Part shown: positions 39,925-50,609 of the stretch, piece by piece
How the letters are laid out: each line of letters begins with the position of its first letter
How positions within the stretch are numbered: position 1 is the stretch's first letter
Source: a virus
Taxonomy: Duplodnaviria; Caudoviricetes
Virus record (IMG/VR): IMGVR_UViG_3300013426_000022
Location: 51,084-115,083 of that record
Direction: 5' to 3' (one strand)
Length of the DNA stretch: 64,000 nt
Notes under the pieces: generated by a model
The model's input: the letters and a program-made list of their open reading frames with translations, nothing else
What the model was told of the DNA's origin: nothing
Databases searched by the model: none
Made by a program: the position numbers and the translations under genes

Positions 39925-41583
39925 ATGAATTATGAAGGTCCTACAAATATAGTTGGTTCTTTTAATATCTCAACTCACGAAGATTTCGATAATGGACTAA
40001 TTATGTTAAATGAAGCATTTTTAGGAAACTACGGATTAAATGCGGTTGATGATATTGAAAAAATATGTAAAGATGATGTTCTATTTGAGCAATATAAAGA
40101 ACTTTTAATAGGAGATGTTCTTAATGAACAATTCGAAGATAGATATTTAAGTTTATTCCCTGCTAAACTAGAACAATACATGGAAAATTCAAGAAATGAA
40201 ATAATATATGAAAACTATGGTGTTGGTCAATTATCACCAGTAGTTGGATATACATTACCAATATTAAAAAAAGAATATATAGATTGTATATCTAAAGACT
40301 TAATGATGACTGAAATACCTGATAAACCAGTAGTTAAAGTTTCTTTCGAAAGAAAATTCTTAAAAGATAAAGATGGAAATAAATATTATATTCCAGAAAT
40401 ATTCTATGATGATAGTTATAAGAAAGCTAATGAATTATCTAAAGGTATTCCAATTTATAATGAACATATAGCTGCACCTTTAGAAGACTACGATCTAATG
40501 ACTTCATCTATGGGAGCTGGTAAAGTAAGAAAAGGTTTAGATAAATTCTCTCACGATTTACGTATAGAAGAAGTAATATGTGATGGAGAAACTATAAGTG
40601 GTTTAGATATAAGACCTGATGTTGAAAAACAAGGTATGTTCTATAAAGAATTAATGCAAAATGGTAAAAAAATTACTATAATGGGTAAAGTTAATTATTA
40701 TGAAGGTACTGTTTCTTGTTCAGCTATAGGTGGAAATCTAGAATCAGTTAAATTTGCTGGTCATGTTTCTAACCAATTCAATGACAATTCTCTAGACTTA
40801 GATAGAGAAAGAACACCAATTACATGGTCTATAGAAGAACAACAAAGATTCAATACTGCATTAACTATTGAAAAAATTAGAGATATGAAAGCAATGGCTA
40901 ATATAGACGTTACTCCTGAAGTAGTAAATGATATGGCTACTGTTATGACTCAATTTAAAGATAGTGATACATTAGATTTCTTAGCTAATTCATTAGAAGT
41001 ATGGAGAGATAAAAAAGATCTTCCATTCGGATTCGAAGAAGGATTCGTTGAATCAGCTACTTTCGATTGTAATGTTACATCTGGTATGTTAACTCAATCA
41101 GATTACATCGAAAAAGAACTTAAATTTAGATTTAATAAATTATTAAGTTCATTAAAAACTAAATTAAAAACTGAAGAATTAATGTTCGTTGCATTTGCTC
41201 ATCCAAATAATATAGAATTATTTAATGCTTCTGTTAAATGGATGGTAGACCAAGATACTAAAGTTGGTGGATTACAATTAGCATATAAATTCGGTGTAAT
41301 GACTGAAACTGGAACTAGAGTACATTTTGTTTCTTCTCTAAAAGTTCCTGAAAAAGCTGGTATAAGAGTAGTTGCTTATCCTACTACAGCTAATTATATT
41401 ACATTTAAACAATATGATTACAGTTTCAATATTGAAAATATGTATCATCATCCTTCAGTTCCATTAGTACCAAATATCATGGGAACTCATAGATATAAAA
41501 CTACAGAGTTATTACCTATACAAGCAGAAATGTTATTATTAAATAATGATTTCGGTATAAAATCTAAAAAGGTAACTCCATAA
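39925..41583 (+). CDS. Probable major capsid protein precursor
   Basis: Two late promoters (39824-39835, 39877-39888); high-expression codon bias (TTC/AAC/TAC); acidic N-terminal propeptide; own terminator at 41594-41627. Confidence 0.65.
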   Translation: MNYEGPTNIVGSFNISTHEDFDNGLIMLNEAFLGNYGLNAVDDIEKICKDDVLFEQYKELLIGDVLNEQFEDRYLSLFPAKLEQYMENSRNEIIYENYGVGQLSPVVGYTLPILKKEYIDCISKDLMMTEIPDKPVVKVSFERKFLKDKDGNKYYIPEIFYDDSYKKANELSKGIPIYNEHIAAPLEDYDLMTSSMGAGKVRKGLDKFSHDLRIEEVICDGETISGLDIRPDVEKQGMFYKELMQNGKKITIMGKVNYYEGTVSCSAIGGNLESVKFAGHVSNQFNDNSLDLDRERTPITWSIEEQQRFNTALTIEKIRDMKAMANIDVTPEVVNDMATVMTQFKDSDTLDFLANSLEVWRDKKDLPFGFEEGFVESATFDCNVTSGMLTQSDYIEKELKFRFNKLLSSLKTKLKTEELMFVAFAHPNNIELFNASVKWMVDQDTKVGGLQLAYKFGVMTETGTRVHFVSSLKVPEKAGIRVVAYPTTANYITFKQYDYSFNIENMYHHPSVPLVPNIMGTHRYKTTELLPIQAEMLLLNNDFGIKSKKVTP

Positions 41584-41705
41584 TTATAGATACAAATAGA
41601 GAATAGATTAAATTCTATTCTCTATTTTTATTCACTAATTGCATTTTAAAAAAATATTTTAATACAATTGAATAACGATGTATAAATTTGAAAGGAGTGA
41701 ATATT

Positions 41706-41963
41706 ATGACTAAAACAGAAATGAGTTCTCATATAGAGGAATGTTTTAGAGAAGTTCAATTAAGAAAAAATGTTGACGCTAATTTACGTTCAATAGAAAG
41801 AGTTGTAAAAAGGGAATATAATATACCAATTAAAATTACAATAATAAATAATAAACAAAATAATTTCTTTGGTATGTGTGTTTATCCTTCACAAGATGAA
41901 ATAAATAAAATAACAGAATTAATATTAGAAAAAGGTTCGTCATATGATATAGAAAGGGGGTAA
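41706..41963 (+). CDS. Probable N-terminal part of a split HExxH virion protein
   Basis: AGGAG RBS; FFGMCVYP; ends 4 nt before the next ATG. Confidence 0.55.
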   Translation: MTKTEMSSHIEECFREVQLRKNVDANLRSIERVVKREYNIPIKITIINNKQNNFFGMCVYPSQDEINKITELILEKGSSYDIERG

Positions 41964-41967
41964 AAGT

Positions 41968-42960
41968 ATGCAGGATATTGAAAAAGTATATAAAGAATAT
42001 ATAACTACAACATATAAACATGTTGAAATAGATTCTATATTATTATATGATCAAAATCTAAATATGTCTGCAGGAGAAATAACAGCAATCTTTTTCCATG
42101 AAATAGGTCATGTTGTATTATCAGAATTAATGGTAGAAAGATTTAAACATATGAGATTATATCTTGTAAAAAATTATGCTAAAAAGATAATAACAGAAGG
42201 ACCTATAGGTAAAGTAACTAAAGCTGTTATGTCATTAGCCGTAGCTCAAGCATTCTCAAATCAATTTAATGCAGAAATGATGAATGAAAAGAAAGCTGAT
42301 AATTTTGCAGTTAAACAAGGATATGGTGAAGAATTGTACGAAGCACTTAATAAATTAATAATGAATGGTAAAGGGTCAGTAGTTAAAAAAACAGAAAAAG
42401 ATATTGATAATGATCTTAGTGTTACTATGAATTGGGCTATAGAAAATATAGCACAATTAAAATATAGAAAAGATAAATTAAAAAGATCTCTTACATTATT
42501 AACTATAACTTCTCCTTCTAGATATATTAAGGATATGGTTGTAGATATAAAAAATAGAGTATTCGATAAAAATGAAAAAGAACCAGCATTTTTTAATGTA
42601 ACAGAAGCTTTCATTTTAAGTAAAAAAGCTAAAGCTCCTGATGGAGCTATTGATAAGAGAACTAAGAAAGTAGTTAAATTAGATAATAGAGAATTAGATA
42701 TATATAGAGCAGAATTAGAAAGAGTTAAAACAACTGATGATAAAATTTTTTTATTAGAAAGATTATATGATTTATTAGATATAGCAGAATATGCTAAACA
42801 AATGTGTGTTGAAAAACCTAATATGGTATTACAATCAGAAAAAACTATCGATACTTATATTTCTCGTATAAATGATTTAATACAAGAAGTCGGATCCAAA
42901 CCTATCGCAAGAACAAAATATGGATTATATATTAAATATCCTACAGGTTATGAAGGATAA
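41968..42960 (+). CDS. Zn-metallopeptidase-like (HExxH) virion protein
   Basis: FFHEIGH...EKKADNFA...GYG..L..AL.KL (M48-like). Confidence 0.65.
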   Translation: MQDIEKVYKEYITTTYKHVEIDSILLYDQNLNMSAGEITAIFFHEIGHVVLSELMVERFKHMRLYLVKNYAKKIITEGPIGKVTKAVMSLAVAQAFSNQFNAEMMNEKKADNFAVKQGYGEELYEALNKLIMNGKGSVVKKTEKDIDNDLSVTMNWAIENIAQLKYRKDKLKRSLTLLTITSPSRYIKDMVVDIKNRVFDKNEKEPAFFNVTEAFILSKKAKAPDGAIDKRTKKVVKLDNRELDIYRAELERVKTTDDKIFLLERLYDLLDIAEYAKQMCVEKPNMVLQSEKTIDTYISRINDLIQEVGSKPIARTKYGLYIKYPTGYEG

Positions 42961-42963
42961 TAT

Positions 42964-45087
42964 ATGAATATTTTTGAAACGAATAATATTTATTATGATA
43001 CAGAAACAACAAATTTAACTTTCTTGCAGGTAGCTGATGATCTTAGAAAATTAGGAATAAAAAACAATAAATTTTTTCTTAGATTAAATGATGTTGGTTT
43101 AAAAGGAATAGATCCTCATAGTCCAATAGTATATAAATCTGAAGAATTAATATATAGAATAATAAATGAATGTATGAGTAATATTTGGTATTATTTAAGA
43201 GAAGTTGCGATGATAGCAGACCAAGGTAACAATAAAGGTGCTCGATATAAATTAAGTAGAGGGAATTTAGCGGCTACATGGTGTTTTATAAATAGTATAT
43301 CACATTATTTTTGTATACCAAGACAATGTGGTAAAACTCAATCAGAAATATCAAATATATTATGGGCATATTTATTTGGTTTAACAAACTCAGAAATGGC
43401 ATTCTTTGCTATAGATCAAGATTTAACTTCAGTTAATTTAAATAGACTTAAAGTACAAAGATCTTTATTACCATCATATTTACAATTAAATGAAGAAGTC
43501 GTAGTTGATGAATTATTAGGTACTAAAGACAAAGCCGTTGATAATGTTAGAAAAATATATAATCCTATGCCAAAAAATACTATCTACACTAAAGGTAAAG
43601 CATCAAGTAAAGATAAAGCAGTAACAATGGGAAGGGGGCTTACACTTCCATTATATTGGTTTGATGAATTTGACTTCACGAATTATGTTGATGAAATAGT
43701 TATGGCTGCAGGACCATCTTTTGTAACAGCATCAGATAATGCTATAGCAAATAATTCAATTGCTTGTCGTATAATGACATCAACACCAGGAGATTTAGAT
43801 TCAGCTGCAGGTAAAGCTGCTATGAATATAATAAATAAAATGTGTAGATGGTCAGAAACATATTATGATTTAGGAGCTGAAAAAACTAAAGAAATAATTA
43901 GTAAAAATTCAGACATAGGTATAGTAGAAATAAAATACAGTTATCAACAATTAGGAAAAGACGATGCTTGGTTTAAAAAATCTTGTATGTCTGTAGGTTA
44001 TGATGAAATAAAAATACGTAGGGAAATATTATTACAAAGAATACGTGGTAGTAGTGATTCTCCATTTTCACAAGAAGATTTAATGGCATTACAAGAAAAA
44101 AACTTACTTGTTGTAGATGAAATATTGATATCTGATTACAGAATAGATATTTATAAAAAATTGAATCCTGAAATACCTTATTTAATAGGAGTTGACGTTG
44201 CTTCAGGTATAGATTCAGATAATACCGCAATAACAATAACTAATCCTTATACATTACAAGCAGATGCTTAATTTAAAAGTCCAGCTATAGGTACATTTGA
44301 TCTAAAACGTTTGTTATATACATTGATTAGAAAATATTTACCAAAAGGTGTTTTATGTATAGAAAGAAACCATTGTGGTGATGCTGTAATAGATGAATTA
44401 TGGAATACACAAATAAGAAGAAATATTTTTTATAATGAAAAAAAAGACTTAGTAGATAATGGTGCACTTAAAGTAGATCACGGTAGACAATTAACTGAAC
44501 CTGAGAAAAGAAGATTACGTGGAGTTTGGACTGGTGTTACTTCAAGAGAATTAATGATGGATTTATTAATGTTAACAGTTCAAGAACATAAAGATAGAAT
44601 TTCTTCAAATTTTTTATTAAATGATATATTAGCATTAGTTATTAAAAATAGTAAAATACAAGCAGGACCAGGAGCACATGATGATAATGTGATGTCTTAT
44701 CTGATAACTTTATATGTATATACTTATGCTAAAAATCTAAAACGTTGGGGTATAATAAAAGGTATGAAAGAACCTGATGCTCAAGATGATGATAGAGGAG
44801 CTCAAGAAAAAGATGCTTTTGCTTATCTTGAACAAATAGCTCCAGAAGAAGCAGAAATATTCAGAAGACAACATGAAATGAGAAATCCTGATGATTTTTA
44901 TAAAGATTTGTCATCTAGTATATATAAATCACTATTGGAAAGTGAGAAAATCGATCAAGTTACTAAATCTACTAAATATGTTAAAGATGTTGATTATGAA
45001 GAAAATCAATATGAATTAGAAAATGATAAATTAAGAAACCCACATAGTTCTTCGTTGGATTTCTTTGATGATTTAAATGATTGGTAA
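42964..45087 (+). CDS. terL: Terminase large subunit with an in-frame TAA at 44269-44271
   Basis: PRQCGKT (Walker A), WFDEF (Walker B), STPG, IGVDVASG, IERN, HDD; frame continues *FKSPAIG... into the 44311 ORF. Confidence 0.9.
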
Positions 45088-45175
45088 AATAATATAGGAG
45101 TTAATCTCCTATATTATTTTTTATTTGAACATTTACAAGTAATTAAAAGAATAATAAATAATATGGAGGTATATT

Positions 45176-45628
45176 ATGATAATAAAATTAAATAGTAGTT
45201 ATGGTATTATGAGAATAAATTCTGATAATATCACAACATATTTCAGAGAGGATAATCAGTTACCGACACAATTAAATATGACAGATGGTAAGCGATATTT
45301 AGTTGAGAATTCACCAGAAGAAATAGATGAATTATTAATTGGAAGAACTAGTTATTCAGAAGAAAATAATTTAAAAACATATAGAGTTAGATATGGTGAT
45401 ATGAAGACAGGTAGATTTTTTGCAGATATACCAGATATAGAAGCACGTTCTATAGAAGAAGCTGTTGTTTTATGTAAAAAATATATAAAAGAACATAAAA
45501 CAGACACCGATATCTTTTTTAATTTATTTAATGGTATTGAATATAATAAAATAATTATAATAGATGAATATGATAATAGACATTCAATTATGTTATATAA
45601 ACATGATATAGAATCTCAGGAGGTATGA
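45176..45628 (+). CDS. FlbD/SwrD-like N-terminal domain plus IEAxSxEEA domain
   Basis: MIIKL...INSDNI...TQLNMTDGKRYLVENSPEEI. Confidence 0.55.
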   Translation: MIIKLNSSYGIMRINSDNITTYFREDNQLPTQLNMTDGKRYLVENSPEEIDELLIGRTSYSEENNLKTYRVRYGDMKTGRFFADIPDIEARSIEEAVVLCKKYIKEHKTDTDIFFNLFNGIEYNKIIIIDEYDNRHSIMLYKHDIESQEV

Positions 45629-46098
45629 AAATGAATGTAAAATCTAAATTTATACGAGCTATACAGGAAATAAAAGGAAGACATAAATATAGAAATGATA
45701 AATATATGCGAAAATATATAAAGTCTAAATCTGAAGTTGGGGATGGTGAATTCGGTGCAGTAACAATGACAGCACAGGTTGCTATGAATGAATTGATAGA
45801 TTTTTTCTTAGGAAAAGATTGGGGAGCTAAAGATAAAACAGAAGAAGAATTAAATGCAATAGCTGTTTATGAAATAGAAAATAGATTTTATTATTGTAGA
45901 GAAGATGACGATAAAAAAATAATAAAGAACTTAGAAACATTAGATGCTCAAAAAGCATTAAATGAACTATCTAATTTCTTTTTAGGGAAAAAATGGTATA
46001 TTGTAGATCCTTTATGTAATTTACAAGCAAATCCTATTATTGTCATAGAAATAGAAGAAAAATGTTATTATTGCAAAAAAGACGAATGGGAGGATTAA
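45625..46098 (+). CDS. Hypothetical protein with an internal tandem duplication
   Basis: AQVAMNELIDFFLGKDW...EIENRFYYC and AQKALNELSNFFLGKKW...EIEEKCYYC. Confidence 0.7.
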   Translation: MKMNVKSKFIRAIQEIKGRHKYRNDKYMRKYIKSKSEVGDGEFGAVTMTAQVAMNELIDFFLGKDWGAKDKTEEELNAIAVYEIENRFYYCREDDDKKIIKNLETLDAQKALNELSNFFLGKKWYIVDPLCNLQANPIIVIEIEEKCYYCKKDEWED

Positions 46099-46186
46099 TA
46101 TGAAAACATTTAAAAGTGAATTATTAGAACAAATATTAGAAATACCTGTTTTAGGTACTATATTAGAAATAAGGGGGTAATTTAGT

Positions 46187-46927
46187 ATGATACCAGATAC
46201 TAATAATGAAATAAACGCAATAGATGTTGAAAGAATAATGGGAGATTTACCTATTGAAGTTATTAAAGAAAATATATTAACTCAGATAGATAATCCGTTG
46301 TTATATACAACGGATTATGCTGATGATGTTTATGGAACATTAGAAAATGCTAAACAAGAATTAAGTCATATAGATCAATATAGAGAAGATATCTCAGAAG
46401 AATATGATAAATTTAATATATTCTTATTATCGAATGTATCAAAAAGATTTGATTTAGGTATTGATGTTGAAATACTAGATAGTCATGAATTAGACCATTT
46501 AGCTTATGATTGTTATCTATTCTTTATAGTATATCTTAAAGAAAATTTAGAAAATTTCTTATATAATTATATAATATCAAATAAAGAAGAATTAGGTTCT
46601 ATGTTTGATAGTGAATATAAAAGAAAAGATGTTACTACAATGAATATGAAAAAAGCTTGTAGTGATAAAAATGATATATTAATATTATCTAATTTATCTG
46701 AGGTTATAAATTATATATTAGATATAGAATTTGATGCTACTGATTTTGTAGAATTATGTATAGAACCAGGTGAACTTGTTGGAGAAAGAATAAAAGAATT
46801 TGTAAATAATTTTACGATTCCTGGAAATTTTGTTCCATTGATATTAGATGAACTTAGAATAAATCACAATGACTTAATAGATGAATTGGTTTCAACTATT
46901 CGTTTAAATATAACAGAAAATAATTAA
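46187..46927 (+). CDS. Hypothetical acidic protein (terminase-tail cluster)
   Basis: 246-aa ORF, AGGGGG RBS. Confidence 0.65.
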   Translation: MIPDTNNEINAIDVERIMGDLPIEVIKENILTQIDNPLLYTTDYADDVYGTLENAKQELSHIDQYREDISEEYDKFNIFLLSNVSKRFDLGIDVEILDSHELDHLAYDCYLFFIVYLKENLENFLYNYIISNKEELGSMFDSEYKRKDVTTMNMKKACSDKNDILILSNLSEVINYILDIEFDATDFVELCIEPGELVGERIKEFVNNFTIPGNFVPLILDELRINHNDLIDELVSTIRLNITENN

Positions 46928-46941
46928 TTTTTAGGAGGTTT

Positions 46942-47853
46942 ATGATGGAAAATAAAAAAATGAGTTATGCTGAAGCTGAACACAAAATAAGCAATATCAA
47001 AAAAACACAAGATATTATAAAAGAAGGTAAAAAGAAATATATAACAGATGAAGAATTCGAAAGTATTGTAATGGAAAGAATGAAAACATTAGATAATGAA
47101 ACAATATCAAATATGACATTAGAAGAATTAAAACAATTAAATTATGTTGATGAGAATAATAAATTAGTAGCTGAACCCGATATGGAAGATGAAGTATTAT
47201 TACAATATTTAAGAGATGTGTTTATATATATGAAATCAGCACAAACATTTGATGAAGAAATGGATAGAATGTTAGATGAATATGATAGAATTCAAGATGA
47301 AATGAATGAAATAGTAGAAAAGGAAGTAGAAGAAAAAGGTGGTGGGAATTTAATAACTTATTTAAGAGGTCTTATTTCTAAAATGAAAAAAATAGCAGAA
47401 GAAAAGGGGACTCAAAAAGATATTGATAAATATGAATCAATGGATATTGGTTTTGAAGATAGTTTTAATTTAACTAGATTAATAGATTTATACAAAAAAA
47501 TAAATGTTTATAATACTAAAATTGAAGCTGATAGAAAAGCAGGACATATTTATGATAAATATAAAATCAAGGCTAAAGAATTAAATATTAAAAACGATTT
47601 AGTTTATATATCTGATTTAGAAAAGAAATATCTACCAGAAAAATATCATGATAGAAATAATTTATTTGTTTTTATTTGTATGAAATATATTAGTAAATTA
47701 AGCGTAACTAAAGGAATAAATAAATATGATGAAGGAATATTTGCATCACAAATAACATCTAATTTATTTTTATTATATAAAGATAAATTATTAGAAGAAG
47801 ATAAAAATAATTTATTAAATAATATTATGAAATTATTAGATTTATTCGAATAA
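46942..47853 (+). CDS. Hypothetical helical protein
   Basis: 303-aa ORF, AGGAGG RBS, terminator at 47860-47891. Confidence 0.65.
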   Translation: MMENKKMSYAEAEHKISNIKKTQDIIKEGKKKYITDEEFESIVMERMKTLDNETISNMTLEELKQLNYVDENNKLVAEPDMEDEVLLQYLRDVFIYMKSAQTFDEEMDRMLDEYDRIQDEMNEIVEKEVEEKGGGNLITYLRGLISKMKKIAEEKGTQKDIDKYESMDIGFEDSFNLTRLIDLYKKINVYNTKIEADRKAGHIYDKYKIKAKELNIKNDLVYISDLEKKYLPEKYHDRNNLFVFICMKYISKLSVTKGINKYDEGIFASQITSNLFLLYKDKLLEEDKNNLLNNIMKLLDLFE

Positions 47854-47931
47854 AAAAATAAATAGAGTATGACTAATGTCATACTCTATTTTTTATATTC
47901 TTAAACAAAAAAATAAAGGAGGCGAAACGTA

Positions 47932-48663
47932 ATGTTTAAACAAAAAGTAATAGTAAAGGATGGATATATTGTACTTAATTGTCCATATGCTGAATTCTAT
48001 ATACCAAGATATTTCTTACAAGATGGTTTAGCCGAAGATGCAGGTGAATATTTTAAGAGTTTTGGATTATTTTATATAAGAACATTTAGTTCAATAGATA
48101 AACCTGATGAATTTGAAATATTAAAATTACCTTCTACTATACATTTTTTCCCTAACAGTATTGAAAATAGAAAAATGACCATAGAAGGTATGGAAAATGA
48201 TTATGTTGTATTAAAATTCTTTAAGGGTGATAATATAACGCAATCAGCAATAACATGTTCAAATTCAGCTCCAGAAGATTTCTTAAATACGATACTAAGA
48301 GGTAGAATACCTAAAAATATTCCTTATAAATATATATTAGAATCATTTATAAAAGTTTTTATATTAAATAAAATAAGTATACCCGTACCAATATTTACAT
48401 TAGAAATGATTATAAGTGAAGTTTATCGTTATAAAAACAACCCATCTATGAAATATGGTCAATATTTAGCTAAAGCTTTTGACCCTAAAGATAAACAAAT
48501 AACATATAGAACAGCAAATATACGTGATATATGTAAATCAAACAGTTCGTTTGCAGGTATATCATTTGAAAATATTGATGAAATGATAACTTCAGCAATA
48601 AATAATAATAGAGAAAAAAGAATTGAAACTAAAACTCCTTTCGAGGATGTTATTAAGTTCTAA
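47932..48663 (+). CDS. Probable stand-alone RNAP beta' extreme C-terminal fragment (virion RNAP?)
   Basis: LEMIISEVYR...SSFAGISFEN resembles beta' HIEVIVRQM...SFISAASFQE and aligns by eye with the C-terminus of 17207-19246; late promoter at 47904-47915. Confidence 0.5.
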   Translation: MFKQKVIVKDGYIVLNCPYAEFYIPRYFLQDGLAEDAGEYFKSFGLFYIRTFSSIDKPDEFEILKLPSTIHFFPNSIENRKMTIEGMENDYVVLKFFKGDNITQSAITCSNSAPEDFLNTILRGRIPKNIPYKYILESFIKVFILNKISIPVPIFTLEMIISEVYRYKNNPSMKYGQYLAKAFDPKDKQITYRTANIRDICKSNSSFAGISFENIDEMITSAINNNREKRIETKTPFEDVIKF

Positions 48664-48759
48664 GAAAAAAGTTTAGACAATATAATAATGGTAATTGTAT
48701 GAATTTTGAATTGAACAATTATTTAAATTTAATACAAAATAAAAAAGGAGGAATATATC

Positions 48760-50592
48760 ATGGTAATTAATGATGGTAACCCTATTTATTCTTATGATCA
48801 TCCTTTTAACCAAACAATAATAAATGATAATACTATCAGTAAAGAAGCTGTTATAACTATACCTGATAGAGTAAATTATCTTTGTGTATTCGTTGGTGGT
48901 AAGGGTAGAGATAATAAATTAATAAAACAAACTAGTAGATCTGGTTTCGTTTCTGAATATGGTAAACCAGATGCATTGAAATATGGTCAACCCATATTAA
49001 ATGCATGGGCTTCAATAGTAGATAGTTACTCACATGCATATTGTATGAGAGTAATGCCTAATGATGCATGTTATGCAAACATAATAGTATCTGTTAAATA
49101 TAAAGTTTCTGACGATGGTTTAGTAACAAAAATGGTTGCAGAATCAGTTGGGGGATTAAATGATATTAGTAAATTTGGTTCTATAATAGATTCTAAAAAC
49201 GATGACGCTCAAGATACTGAAGGATTTAAAACTGTTCCTTTATTCGGTATTGTATCTAAAGGTAGAGGAAAATATGGAAATAGTTATAGAATAAGACTTA
49301 CTCCAGTATCTAGTAAAAGACCTGACCAAAGTTATAGAACTTATAGATTAGAATTATTGGATGTTGATGAAGGTAATGTAGTAGTAGAATCATTTGAAGG
49401 TACATTATATGATCACGCTATAAATTCAATATCTTATCTTTTATCAGATGTTGCTGACGGAGAAAATGATGGTTCAAGTAGAATAAATATATATAATAAT
49501 GAAGAAGCTATAGAAAAAATATTCGTTGAATATCAATTAGCTGCACCTTCAGATAAAGATATGACTTATAAATTAATAGACCCTATATTTGGTGTTAATT
49601 TAGATAAATCTAGTCAAGAATTTATTAAACCTGAAGCAATAGGTGAAACTAATATAGCATTAGATAGATTAGATGGTATATCTTTAGGTGGAGGTACTGA
49701 AGGTTCTTTAGAAAAACCACCAGAAGGTAAAACTGTTGATGATATTGCAGAAGAATTATATATAAAAGCATTTTCAGGTCAATTAGATAAATCTATATTA
49801 TCAACTAGAAGAACTCCAGTTAAATTTATATTAGATGCTAATTATCCTTTAAATGTTAAAAAACAATTAGTACAATTAGGTATTAAACGTTATGATGCTA
49901 TGATACATTTAGATGCTGGTTTATTAACTACAGTAGATGAGGCAATAGCTTTTGCTGATGAAACTGCCGATTTAAACTATAGAATAGTTTCAAAAGAATT
50001 CCAACATTTTGAAATAAGAGATCCTTATAGTGGTAAGAGAGTTGCAGTAACTATAACTTATCATTTAGCTCAAGCATTAGCTAAACATATAGAATTATAT
50101 GGTTTAGGTGTTCCATTCACTGGAGAAACTTATGCTACATTAACAGGAGCTATCAGAAATACATTAGTACCAATAATAGACGAATGTGATGAAGATGTAA
50201 AAGAAATATTATATGATCATAGATTAAATTATTATGAAGCAATAGCAGATAATGTTTTCGCTAAAGCTACTCAACAAACTGCTCAAGATGTTAACTCTGA
50301 TTTATCAGAAGAACATAACATGATGGTTGTATTAGAAATAAAAGATATAGCAGAAAGAGAAACTATAGCTAGAAGATATAACTTTGCTGATGCTGAAGAT
50401 AGAGCTTTATTTAATGAAGTTCTTAATGAAAGAGTTAGATACATGAGAGAATTAGTTCAAGAATTAAACGTATTATATACTATGTCTGAAACAGAAGAAA
50501 GAAAATCTATTATACATTGCTATATAGATGTTAAATTCAGATCTATATTCAAATCTTCTATTATAGAAATAAATGTAAATAAAAGAGCTTAG
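48760..50592 (+). CDS. Contractile tail sheath protein
   Basis: EYGKP...YGQP, MRVMP.DA, GRGKYGN, L.GGTEG, DANYP, LSEEHN; late promoter at 48714-48725. Confidence 0.85.
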   Translation: MVINDGNPIYSYDHPFNQTIINDNTISKEAVITIPDRVNYLCVFVGGKGRDNKLIKQTSRSGFVSEYGKPDALKYGQPILNAWASIVDSYSHAYCMRVMPNDACYANIIVSVKYKVSDDGLVTKMVAESVGGLNDISKFGSIIDSKNDDAQDTEGFKTVPLFGIVSKGRGKYGNSYRIRLTPVSSKRPDQSYRTYRLELLDVDEGNVVVESFEGTLYDHAINSISYLLSDVADGENDGSSRINIYNNEEAIEKIFVEYQLAAPSDKDMTYKLIDPIFGVNLDKSSQEFIKPEAIGETNIALDRLDGISLGGGTEGSLEKPPEGKTVDDIAEELYIKAFSGQLDKSILSTRRTPVKFILDANYPLNVKKQLVQLGIKRYDAMIHLDAGLLTTVDEAIAFADETADLNYRIVSKEFQHFEIRDPYSGKRVAVTITYHLAQALAKHIELYGLGVPFTGETYATLTGAIRNTLVPIIDECDEDVKEILYDHRLNYYEAIADNVFAKATQQTAQDVNSDLSEEHNMMVVLEIKDIAERETIARRYNFADAEDRALFNEVLNERVRYMRELVQELNVLYTMSETEERKSIIHCYIDVKFRSIFKSSIIEINVNKRA

Positions 50593-50609
50593 AAGGAGAG
50601 TGAAAAATA

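Noticed and set aside
20178-44271. Genome-wide stop-codon reassignment explaining the in-frame TAAs
   Set aside because: TAA, TAG and TGA all end genes normally here, often right before terminators or the next RBS, and long ORFs are intact under the standard code.
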